NCBI GenBank assembly: GCA_964652335.1
Contig: CAZZDL010000002.1
Span: forward strand, 1-16,936
DNA length: 16,936 nucleotides
Direction of reading: 5' to 3'
From: Candidatus Micrarchaeota archaeon
GTDB lineage: Archaea > B1Sed10-29 > WALL01 > WAMD01
This document shows positions 7,116 to 16,700 of the stretch, one piece after another. The notes beneath the pieces were generated by a model. That model made no database searches. It saw only the letters and a program-made list of their open reading frames with translations, and had not been told where the DNA came from. Position numbers and translations under genes: made by a program. How positions within the stretch are numbered: position 1 is the first letter of the stretch; each line of letters begins with the position of its first letter.

Positions 7116-7555
7116 GGCAACTGGAAGTTGGGTTCGTGCTTAGAGTGGCTCTAGGATTCATATTGCTAGTGGGAGTATCTTATGTTAGCTACGTCTACAT
7201 AGAGAATGCTGAAAAAACTAAAATGAACCAGTTCCTAAGCGTTGTGGGAGAATATATAGCAAGGGATATAACAGGAACGATTTCAGAAATAGAAGAAAAT
7301 ACAACAGTATACAAGAAAAGTTATATACCTCCTGCAGGGGACCCATTTGGAGGGAATTACTACGTAACACTTGAAAAAACAAGTGATAATGTATACCTCG
7401 TGGTAAACGCATACCGCTGGAGAGATGTCGGTGTAAAAATACCATTATACTTAAATCCAGATAACGTTAATGTATCAGGTACACTTGCCCCAACCATGTT
7501 ATGTGTGAATGTAACAAGAACAAGTCAGGGTTATGACATAGCATTGAGGTGTTGA
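7109..7555 (+). CDS. minor pilin-like protein (148 aa)
   Basis: MLG|QLEVGFVL followed by a hydrophobic helix, an amphipathic helix and a beta domain (IP....G..Y.V.L); directly upstream of the ATPase. Confidence 0.7.
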   Translation: MLGQLEVGFVLRVALGFILLVGVSYVSYVYIENAEKTKMNQFLSVVGEYIARDITGTISEIEENTTVYKKSYIPPAGDPFGGNYYVTLEKTSDNVYLVVNAYRWRDVGVKIPLYLNPDNVNVSGTLAPTMLCVNVTRTSQGYDIALRC

Positions 7556-7556
7556 A

Positions 7557-9392
7557 ATGCCATTATCCACCCATGTGATGAAAAAAGTTGCAAAGAAGCT
7601 AAGGAGCATGAAGGAAAAGGAAGAGGCAAGGCTAACATTAGAAGAAATACTAAACATGGATGAAGAGGAATTGAGAGCTAGGTTAGGTAGATTTGAGGCT
7701 AAACCCACCAAGCCCATAAAATTAAAACCTGAAGAAGAGATTAAGCCGAGTAAGCTAAGGGTGATAGACTTTACAAAGGCCAGCGAGAGCTTGGCAATTC
7801 CTTCTGTTAGGGCTGTAAAAGAAGTGGAAAAAGTTAAAGGAATCCCGTTCAAGGCTCACCAGATACCAAAAAAATATATCATGAAGATTCCATCTAGATG
7901 GAAGCCACCTCAGTTTGAAAAGATAGATCTAAAATATGAACTAATACCTCCATTTGCCTATGCAAGGATAAAATGGAATGAGAACGAATCTGCATTACGA
8001 TACTTCCTACTTGAACCCCCGTTAACTGAAGAGCAAAAAGAAAATTTGAAAACCATAAAAGAACTGCTCGTGGACGTATTAGATGTAAATGTATTTGAAG
8101 TTAAGGATCCAAATAAGATAAGGAATTTGCTAAAGAAGAAAGTAGATGATATAATTGCAGAGTATGGAGTATTGATGACTAAAGATGAATATGAAAAACT
8201 TCTCTATTATATTTATAGAGACTTCCTGGGGCTAGAAAGAATAGAAGCCCTAATGCACGACCCAAGCCTAGAAGATATATCATGTGATGGTGTGGGCATT
8301 CCTATTTATGTTTACCATAGGAAATACGCGTCAATAAAAACTAATGTCATGTTTAACGATGAAGATGCTCTAAATAAGTTCATAATCAGGCTGGCTCAGA
8401 AATGTGGAAAGCACATATCCGTAGCCGAGCCACTGCTAGACGCCGCGTTACCAGATGGTTCAAGAGTTCAGGCGACTTTCTCTGTTCACAAGGATATAGC
8501 AATGAAAGGATCTACATTCACAATAAGAAAGTTCACAAAGGATCCACTTACTATTATAGACCTAATGAATTATGGAACACTCCCATCTGTCATGGCTGCT
8601 TATCTATGGCTGGCTATTGAATATGGTAAATCAATTCTTGTGGCGGGTGGGACGGCAACAGGTAAAACTACATTTTTAGGCGCGTTGAGCATGTTTATCC
8701 CGCCAGATAAGAAGATAGTGTCCATTGAGGATACTCCTGAAATTAGATTACCACACGAACACTGGGTTCAGAAAGTAGTAAGACCTGGATTTGGTAGGGA
8801 AGTGGAAGGTAAGAAGATGGGAGAAGTAACCATGTACGACTTGCTGAGGGCGGCATTAAGAGAAAGGCCCGATGAGATAATCGTAGGTGAAGTCAGAGGT
8901 GCCGAGGCATACGTTCTGTTCCAAGGAATGGCTACTGGCCACCCTGGAATGGCGACTATTCACGCTGACTCTGTGGATGCGGTTCTCCACAGATTGCAAA
9001 CTCCACCGATTAATCTGCCAGTGGGTTTACTGCAGCACTTGAACATTGTAATTATTCTGACAAAGGCCAAGGTGAAGGGACTAGAAGTCAGAAGAGTAAA
9101 GGATCTAACAGAGATAGTCGGATTAACAAAGGAATTCAGGCCAATTGTGAATATGCTAATGAAATGGAATGCGTCCGATGATTCATTTGAATTTGTCACA
9201 GATAAGTCTTACATATTAGAAAGCATCATTGAAGAAAAGGGAATAGATGAGAAAAGCGTCTGGGCTGAGATACAGAGAAGAGCAAGCATACTTGAATGGA
9301 TGCAGAAGAATAATATAAGATACTATAAAGACGTAGGTAAAATAATTCATGAGTATTACACGAACCCAGAGGGGGTGCTCAAAAAGATATGA
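7557..9392 (+). CDS. type II/IV secretion system (VirB11/ArlI/TadA family) pilus assembly ATPase (611 aa)
   Basis: EDISCDG, LPDGSRVQ, TIRKF, Walker A GGTATGKT, SIEDTPE, Walker B IIVGEVRG, His box TGHPGMATIHA; RBS GAGGTG. Confidence 0.96.
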   Translation: MPLSTHVMKKVAKKLRSMKEKEEARLTLEEILNMDEEELRARLGRFEAKPTKPIKLKPEEEIKPSKLRVIDFTKASESLAIPSVRAVKEVEKVKGIPFKAHQIPKKYIMKIPSRWKPPQFEKIDLKYELIPPFAYARIKWNENESALRYFLLEPPLTEEQKENLKTIKELLVDVLDVNVFEVKDPNKIRNLLKKKVDDIIAEYGVLMTKDEYEKLLYYIYRDFLGLERIEALMHDPSLEDISCDGVGIPIYVYHRKYASIKTNVMFNDEDALNKFIIRLAQKCGKHISVAEPLLDAALPDGSRVQATFSVHKDIAMKGSTFTIRKFTKDPLTIIDLMNYGTLPSVMAAYLWLAIEYGKSILVAGGTATGKTTFLGALSMFIPPDKKIVSIEDTPEIRLPHEHWVQKVVRPGFGREVEGKKMGEVTMYDLLRAALRERPDEIIVGEVRGAEAYVLFQGMATGHPGMATIHADSVDAVLHRLQTPPINLPVGLLQHLNIVIILTKAKVKGLEVRRVKDLTEIVGLTKEFRPIVNMLMKWNASDDSFEFVTDKSYILESIIEEKGIDEKSVWAEIQRRASILEWMQKNNIRYYKDVGKIIHEYYTNPEGVLKKI

Positions 9393-10267
9393 AGATAACT
9401 AGGAGGTATACGCTACTTGCATATACTCTGTTCAAGAAATACGTAGGGCACATTCTTCCCTACTTTAAGGACTTGAAAAAAACACTAGAATCTGCTTATA
9501 TAAATCTTCCTCTAGAAGAATATCTTGCCGCATTAATCATGACTGAAATATGGTCTATGCCATTAGGGTTCTCAATTGGAATGATAATTGGAATGAGCCT
9601 CGGCCTAGATTGGTTGGGCCTGATGTTACTCGGACTAGTTGCTATGATAATCACAGGTGCGATAGTTCTCGTAGCTTTTTTAATAATTCCAGAATATCTC
9701 TTAAGAAAGGTAAAAGGAAATATTGAAAAGTTCTTACCGTATGCAGCTACGCACATGGCAACAATTGCTGGAACTGGTGTTCCTCCTCAAACAATATTCC
9801 AAATGATAGGTAATTTTAAAGACTATGGGATGGTTTCATACGTCTGTCAGAGAATCGCAAGGAACATTGGAGTATTTGGATACGATATTGTAAGTGGCAT
9901 ATCTGAGGAAGCGAAAAGGGTTCCATCATACAAGTTTAGAGATCTACTATGGAGCATAGTATCAACCATCAGGACGGGAGGAGATCTTAGAGAAGTTCTT
10001 TTGGAAAAGTCAAAAGGATTAATGGATGAACAAAGGAGGATGGAAGCAAAGTATATAGAGTTCTTATCAATGATGGCAGAGATTTATGCAACGGTGTTCG
10101 TAGCTGGGACTATTATTGTATTTGTAATGGTAAGCATAATCGGTGCCATGGGTGGTGTCCCCCTCCCCGTAAAATTATTGCTCCAAGCATTTACATACGC
10201 TATGATCCCACTAGCGTCCATATCGTTTATCATAGTTATAGACTCAACAAAACCAGCCGGAGTGTGA
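9389..10267 (+). CDS. type II secretion system F / TadC-like pilus platform membrane protein (292 aa)
   Basis: Two TM helices, then IEKFLPYAATHMATIAGTGVP...G.DI...I.E.A.R.PS..F.DLL...TGGDL, then C-terminal TM helices; ATGA-coupled to the ATPase. Confidence 0.9.
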   Translation: MKITRRYTLLAYTLFKKYVGHILPYFKDLKKTLESAYINLPLEEYLAALIMTEIWSMPLGFSIGMIIGMSLGLDWLGLMLLGLVAMIITGAIVLVAFLIIPEYLLRKVKGNIEKFLPYAATHMATIAGTGVPPQTIFQMIGNFKDYGMVSYVCQRIARNIGVFGYDIVSGISEEAKRVPSYKFRDLLWSIVSTIRTGGDLREVLLEKSKGLMDEQRRMEAKYIEFLSMMAEIYATVFVAGTIIVFVMVSIIGAMGGVPLPVKLLLQAFTYAMIPLASISFIIVIDSTKPAGV

Positions 10268-10271
10268 ATAG

Positions 10272-11471
10272 ATGGTGAAGAAAAAGAAAAGATTAATCAG
10301 AAAAAAAAGTCTTCTGGACAGAATACCATATTTCTGGAAAATAATAGGGCTAATCTTGGTTGCTGGTTTGTTCATCGGAATTGTCCTCACACTAGCCTAT
10401 GGTTTGTACATAGGAATAACGTCCCTGTTCTTCGCTACTGCGGTTCCAATAGCCATATACACCTACTATGAAAGGAATAGAATAGATGATATAGAAAAGC
10501 ACTTCCCAGACTTCTTAAGGGATCTAGCTGAATACCACAACTCTGGTCTTCCAATCGCCCAAGCGATTATGGAGGCAGCCAAAGGGGATTATGGATATTT
10601 GACTCCGGAAATAAAAAAAATGGCAGCTGAAATATCGTGGGGGATTCCGTTTGAGGAATCCCTAGAGAGGCTAGAGAGCAGGATAAACAGTCCTTTCATA
10701 AAAAAGGCTATAACTATTATTACAACTGCAGAAGCACAGGGTGGAGAAGTTAGTGCAATCCTTGAGACTCTGGGTGAGGATCTAAGAAAACTAAAAGAGC
10801 TAAACGAAGAAAGAAAGGGTAAATTATCTGTTTATACCGTTACCATTTATGTGATATTCCTATTACTTTTAATGATCACTGTAATGCTTACAGCGACTCT
10901 GGCTCCAGCAATACCAAAAATACAAGTGGCTGGACAATTTTTTAGCGGTGTAACCGGCGGATTGACAGAAGAAGACTTTAGGACACTGTTATTCCACGTA
11001 TCATTAATAGAAGCCTTCTTCGCTGGATTAATCTCAGGGCAAATGGGTGAAGGTAGTGTAATGGCAGGATTGAAACACTCAATAATCCTAGTGGGCATAA
11101 CCATACTCGCTTTTAGCCTCGTTCCTCCAAAACCCGCAATAGATAGAATAGCAGAATCAATAGTTGAGATACCTAAAGTAGAAGGATTCCAAGGGGGGGC
11201 AATGGTATATAAGTCAAAGTTTGATACTGATATCACTGCAGTGGATATAGCAGAGGCAGTGAGAAAAATTGCAAAAGAAAGGGATCTAAATGCATACAAG
11301 GACTTTAATCCAGAGGACGTAGTCTTTAGAAAAACTATATGCATCGCATGTGATGAAGGAAAGGTAGTAATTGAAGATTCCATGATAAAGGTAAACGAGC
11401 CTGTAATGTTACAATACAAGGTAGTGTATTCAGACGATAAGTATGTCGTAGAATTTAGTGACGCGAAATGA
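10272..11471 (+). CDS. type II secretion system F / TadC-like platform protein with C-terminal extension (399 aa)
   Basis: IEKHFPDFLRDLAE...SGLP, DYG.LT.EIKKMAAEISWGIPFEESL, GG.V..IL, FFAGLISGQMGEGSV.AGLKHS; about 115 extra residues after the last TM helix. Confidence 0.92.
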   Translation: MVKKKKRLIRKKSLLDRIPYFWKIIGLILVAGLFIGIVLTLAYGLYIGITSLFFATAVPIAIYTYYERNRIDDIEKHFPDFLRDLAEYHNSGLPIAQAIMEAAKGDYGYLTPEIKKMAAEISWGIPFEESLERLESRINSPFIKKAITIITTAEAQGGEVSAILETLGEDLRKLKELNEERKGKLSVYTVTIYVIFLLLLMITVMLTATLAPAIPKIQVAGQFFSGVTGGLTEEDFRTLLFHVSLIEAFFAGLISGQMGEGSVMAGLKHSIILVGITILAFSLVPPKPAIDRIAESIVEIPKVEGFQGGAMVYKSKFDTDITAVDIAEAVRKIAKERDLNAYKDFNPEDVVFRKTICIACDEGKVVIEDSMIKVNEPVMLQYKVVYSDDKYVVEFSDAK

Positions 11472-11902
11472 TATGGAAAAAGAAAGAGAAAAGGGGAAAC
11501 ATCAATATTGACTTCATAATGTCAATAGTCATATTACTGGGAGCAATAACTTTTATATTAGTGAACTTAAATTCGCTGATTCCATCTTCTGCCCCAAGAG
11601 TGGAATTAGGATATGAAGGAGACTTAGTTTCTAACAAGCTGCTGCAATACTTTTCCTACCAGAACAAATCAAACATACTAGACCAAACAAAATTGGACAA
11701 CATGGGAAGCTGTTCAGATATTGATATAGGCTTAAACGCTGGGTTTCACGTGAGAATAGATTCTAAGTCAAAATCATGGGAATGCTCTGGGGATTTCAAC
11801 AGTGGTTTGCCTCAAACAATAAGACCTGTGTATGTTAAACTACGAAACGGTAGGTATTCTCCCGGAATAATGAGGGTGTGGGTATGGGGCGAGGCTATCT
11901 AA
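11468..11902 (+). CDS. minor pilin-like protein (144 aa)
   Basis: KKEKRG|NINIDFIMSIVILL is class III-like (acidic residue at +5); single N-terminal hydrophobic helix; ATGA overlap. Confidence 0.75.
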   Translation: MIWKKKEKRGNINIDFIMSIVILLGAITFILVNLNSLIPSSAPRVELGYEGDLVSNKLLQYFSYQNKSNILDQTKLDNMGSCSDIDIGLNAGFHVRIDSKSKSWECSGDFNSGLPQTIRPVYVKLRNGRYSPGIMRVWVWGEAI

Positions 11903-12270
11903 GGCTGGTAGAGACAATATTGCTGTTAAGCGTTCTCTTCCTAGTGATAACGAACATAGTTCAGAATAAACCAGCAAGTATGGCAAATCCCAGCAATCCT
12001 ATTACTCTGGTAAGATATGGAAAAGACCTCTCAAATATGGTATGTAATTCCGAGAAAGCTAGAAGATTGATATTATATGGATCTGCATATCCCGTATACA
12101 AGGATTTAGTCTATGTAACTCCCCCTGACATGGGAGTTAGGCTCATAGTTGACGGAACAGCATACGGAAGTGAAGAACCAGACCAGTATAACGTTGTCTC
12201 ACTTGGGTGTGTAGTTTCAAACAATGCGGGGCTAGAGAAGAAGGTAATAGTTCAGGTGTGGAGGAAATGA
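11884..12270 (+). CDS. minor pilin-like protein (128 aa)
   Basis: MGRG|YLRLVETILLLSVLFL; ATG 11884 follows GAGGGTG; C-terminal strand VIVQVW. Confidence 0.7.
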   Translation: MGRGYLRLVETILLLSVLFLVITNIVQNKPASMANPSNPITLVRYGKDLSNMVCNSEKARRLILYGSAYPVYKDLVYVTPPDMGVRLIVDGTAYGSEEPDQYNVVSLGCVVSNNAGLEKKVIVQVWRK

Positions 12271-13511
12271 AAGGACAATACGCTCTGCCGATAGTGTTGC
12301 TCGTAATGTTCCTAGTCGTAATACTATACTCAAACTACTCAACTCAGACTTCTACATCGGTTTACAGAACATATTCACACAAACCAAACCTTGCTGGAGA
12401 TCTGATAAGATATGAGAAAGCGTTGAAGCTGGCGTTTGTAGAAAGTATATACTCTGGAGGAACTGGACAGGTGGACCAAGTTATAAACGAGTTAAAGTAT
12501 GATGCAATGAAGAATGGAAATTATCTAACAATCTCATGCGCAGATGGTAAAAATAATGCACAGAGTACGTTCTGGATATCATGTACAATGAACTTATCAA
12601 GTGGGAGTGACATAGCAATCAGCAGGTTCAATTACACATATACAGTCCCATTCGCAATAAGGACCTTCTTGGATTCGGACCTAAGTTATGAAACAGACTA
12701 TTTTGTTTCTGGAGATACAGTTTATTATAGAGTAACAGGACATAATGGAGACGATATAAACATAACTATATATGATCCATATAACAGAGTATTTGAAAAA
12801 AAATCCGTATCTATTGGGAACTGGCATTATGATTCTAGTTTCACTCCGACTATATCAGGAAACTGGACGATATATGTAGAAAACACAACTATGAGTGGTG
12901 GTATGGGTGGTGAGCCTAGTGGAGAGACAGTAAGCAAGGTAGTGCATGTAGAAATAGTAAGCATGGAGATAGACACATACGATGAAGACGGAAATCCACA
13001 AAATGAATTCGCCCCTGGAGACTTAGTAAATATCACTGTCGCATTGAAGGATATGTATGATCAAGTAATAAACTGCTCTATAAAAGTGGCAATAGCAAAC
13101 GCTTTAGGCAAACTAGCTTATCAGCTCCAAGGGCAAGCAGAAAATGGAGTATTCTCTGGAACAATAACATTAAGTCCATGGGAAGAATCTGGAAACATGA
13201 CAATAACAGCTACAGAGCACTGCTTTTACTCTCAGGCAGAAAAAAATATAACAGTTACGCCGAGCACGGTTGGAAGATTCATAAAGGTTCTACCACCAAG
13301 AATGATATATAACAAACCACACCAGTCTGTATTCGGTAGTTCATGTGGGTATACAGAATGGTATTCATCCAACGAAACATACTATGGGATAGTCCCATTC
13401 TATGTGAAAAATGAAACTAACGATACCCTGCTAGTAAACCAAACAACAGTAACAATAGACGTACCAAATGCAAACATAAGTTGGATACATTTCATAGGGA
13501 GCAGGGGATAA
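12267..13511 (+). CDS. large pilin-like protein with tandem Ig-like (MG2-like) domains, candidate adhesin (414 aa)
   Basis: MKG|QYALPIVLLVMFLVV at ATG 12267 (ATGA overlap, GGAGG upstream); two F..GD.V...V repeats; many N-X-S/T sequons. Confidence 0.75.
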   Translation: MKGQYALPIVLLVMFLVVILYSNYSTQTSTSVYRTYSHKPNLAGDLIRYEKALKLAFVESIYSGGTGQVDQVINELKYDAMKNGNYLTISCADGKNNAQSTFWISCTMNLSSGSDIAISRFNYTYTVPFAIRTFLDSDLSYETDYFVSGDTVYYRVTGHNGDDINITIYDPYNRVFEKKSVSIGNWHYDSSFTPTISGNWTIYVENTTMSGGMGGEPSGETVSKVVHVEIVSMEIDTYDEDGNPQNEFAPGDLVNITVALKDMYDQVINCSIKVAIANALGKLAYQLQGQAENGVFSGTITLSPWEESGNMTITATEHCFYSQAEKNITVTPSTVGRFIKVLPPRMIYNKPHQSVFGSSCGYTEWYSSNETYYGIVPFYVKNETNDTLLVNQTTVTIDVPNANISWIHFIGSRG

Positions 13512-13513
13512 CC

Positions 13514-13720
13514 ATGCAATGGAACAGATGGACAATACTTGCATTAACATTGGCTGTGATTTTCTTACTTGTAGGAGCAACATACATTATTGTGGAAACC
13601 ACAAAACCGCAACAAGCCCCTAACACAATAGTTTACAAGTACCCTGAAAAGGAGGTAAACATATCAAATGATTCACCATTAGCAAGGAACAGGGCTGAAG
13701 CGAAGGAGGTAAAAAAATGA
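13514..13720 (+). CDS. small single-pass membrane protein (68 aa)
   Basis: ATG 2 nt after the previous stop; TM segment WTILALTLAVIFLLVGATYIIV; its stop overlaps the next ATG. Confidence 0.6.
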   Translation: MQWNRWTILALTLAVIFLLVGATYIIVETTKPQQAPNTIVYKYPEKEVNISNDSPLARNRAEAKEVKK

Positions 13721-16700
13721 GGATATGTCTGCAGATAGCAGTCGGCTTGTTGATCCTTGGACTAGCTAGTGGCATATCTATAATTAGTAGCGATAACACG
13801 TATGATACAATAAATGGAACCAACTACAAGTTTGACCTATTCGTTGACCCATCCAACACCTACTTCGGGGGAACCACGAATTGTTATTCAAACGCTTATG
13901 ATCCGACCCAAGTACTAAGATCGGATAGCGAAGGACGATGCTATCTGCCACGTTTATGGGGGGCAAGCGACGTTGCAACACTCGGTGAGGAAGGTGGTAA
14001 TTACAGAATAAAGGAAGAACATGGTCCATTTAGGGTAGTGGAATCATTCTACGCTGCATCCGAAACAGTAAAGCTCACATATTACATGTACGACGAGTAC
14101 TTCCTTGTCAGACTTGTTACCAATTCCTACACAGGAGATTACAATGATGGGGCCGCCTCCAGTATATACATCAATGACCTGGGATCAAGAGGTCCAGACT
14201 CTTTCGGGCTGCACTACTTGACTGGATCTAAACAATCAACTCCAATTGATACTTGGGCAAGTAGCACTGATACTACATACGACCCATTTGACATAGGAAG
14301 CGAATATGCCTGGGTGTCTTGGTACGGCAACTCCTCCTCTGATTTGGCTGTCGGTGCGATCTATCCTCCATTAATCTTTGAACCTTCAAGCCAGATAAGT
14401 GAAGTATCTGATGATGAAGCCGCCGCGCAGTTGGTTTACGAGTCTATTAGTTCAGGGGGTAAAAACACTGATGCTATTACAAACATAGACATTATCTTGG
14501 GAATATATTACTACTCTGCTGGGAACTCTGATGCGGAGGCAAAGAGCATACTTGAAGCGTACAAATATCCTGCAACTCCATCTTGTATTAGCAATTGTGA
14601 GTACGCAAAATTCAATGATAAGGAGTTTATCTATGAAGTAGAGCCAGAAAGCACAGACATAACCCAGTTGAAGTTCAAGGTAACGGGAGATGGTTCTTGG
14701 AATCATCAGCACAAACTTTACTTTGAAGTGTTTGACATGCACACAGTTGACGTGTACGTATCCTCAGACGGATCCTCATGGACAAAGCTATACTCAAGTG
14801 ATGAAGTGCAAAACGATGATAACCACGTAATATTCTCAGACACGTTATCAGCCGGTGAGGTAAAGTACTACAAGCTGATGAAAGTGCCATCAGACAGCAT
14901 CCCATCAAAGGTTATTGCTAACATTGATCCTCTGCCTTTCCTAAACCTCGGAGATAATGTTACTATAACTGCCAAAATACTAGACGAACACAATGATATA
15001 GTTAACAATACTGATGTAAACGCATATATAACTGGGCCAAACTCAACTTCAACACAGCTGTCATTCAATGATACTACTCTAGTTTACACAGGCACCTTAC
15101 AAACCACAAATTGGAAGGAGGGAGTATTCAAAACTACAGTGTACGCAGCTAAATCAGTAGATGCAAACTACACATCTCAAAATTGCAATGATTATTGGGG
15201 TTTTGACTGTGGATTTGGTCCTCCAGAAACCGGAGATAATACATTTGACTCGTGCCCCACTGGGACAGGAGACGACGAGTCTGTAGAGGGAATATGGATA
15301 AATGGAACAATATTTAGGCCAGACGACACTGTAGAAGTAACTTGCGAGTTTGATACATACGACACCGCAAACGACCAGGAATACATCTGGTACTACAATG
15401 GCACTGGTTGGAGGAAATTATGGGAAGGAGATGTAGGGTCAAACGTTGTAGCGAACAAAACAATAACATTTCAACCAGACAATATTACAGGCACACATTG
15501 GATAAGGTGTATTATAGACTACAGCCCAGAGGGAGATTATTGTGCTGATTCTGGAAGCTATTATGATAACGATGACTTATCTTTCAAGGTTTATCCATCT
15601 ACTGTGAACATCTCTAACACAACCTATTTCCATCTATATCCTGGAGAAGGTGTGTCAGTTTACAAAATGGAATGGGATGGAGAAAATAAAACATTTTTAG
15701 AGAACAAGCATATAGTTGGAGCAATTGGAGAAGACAGAGAATTGGTGTATGAAGCTTTCCAAAAAGACTCTGCTACCTCATACAGCTTTAGAGAATTGTC
15801 TCTTCCTCAGATAGCTAGATTGTCCATATCAAGTGAGGGGGGACTAGGAAAGACGAATGGAGTCAGTGCAGTAACTGGGGAGAATCTAACATATGGCAAA
15901 GTGAATGTTTCTGCCTCCGTGATAGAACCAAAGGTAAAGAAAGTCTGCTTTGTATGTTATTCAGCAGGATCTCCAGATTCTACGTACGAAACTCCATACA
16001 TACAAGCTCTTCAGGATTTGGGATTCCAAGTAGATTACAACGTTGCAGGGTGTAACTACGATTATACAGATATTAGAGATGGAACTGCAGACTTCTCTGG
16101 ATATGACTTCTGGGCTCATTCGTGGATATACTCCGATAACCTTGACATGACTAATGCAAAAACAAAATATGTTGATACACTAGGACAAAGCGAATTAATT
16201 CTGGGGCCTGATGCCACATACCTAGGAGACTTTGGGTACGCAACGGAAAATGACAAAGTTTACTACCCATCTGCCTATGGGTATATAGTCAGCGTAGGCG
16301 ACTTCCTACCTCCTGAGGATTACAGCACAAGGGCTCTTGTAAAGCTAACAGACACAACATCAGGTAGAATGCAATATGAATCGCATGAAGATAGCTTAAT
16401 CTCTAATGTGGACCCAATAATAAAAATCAGTTCTCCTGATGCGATATATGTATCTGCAGGGAAATATGAGAATTCAACAAGCGGAGGAAAGATGATCTTC
16501 TTCGGAATTGCTGAAGACGCAGTCAGCCAGCTGACCGACTATGGAGACGGAAAGGACAATGGAGAGGAGATACTGAACTACTTCACAAAATGGGTTGGTG
16601 GAACTGAAACTAACTTTGACCTAAGCATTAAGCTAAGAGACGACGATGATGATTACTTTGTTTTCAATATGACAAACTTTAGCTCAGACATATCAGATTA

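Noticed and set aside
7557..11471. Archaellum (arlI/arlJ) assignment
   Set aside because: No arlH, arlF/G or archaellin-like genes; the platform is split into two TadC genes, typical of pili.
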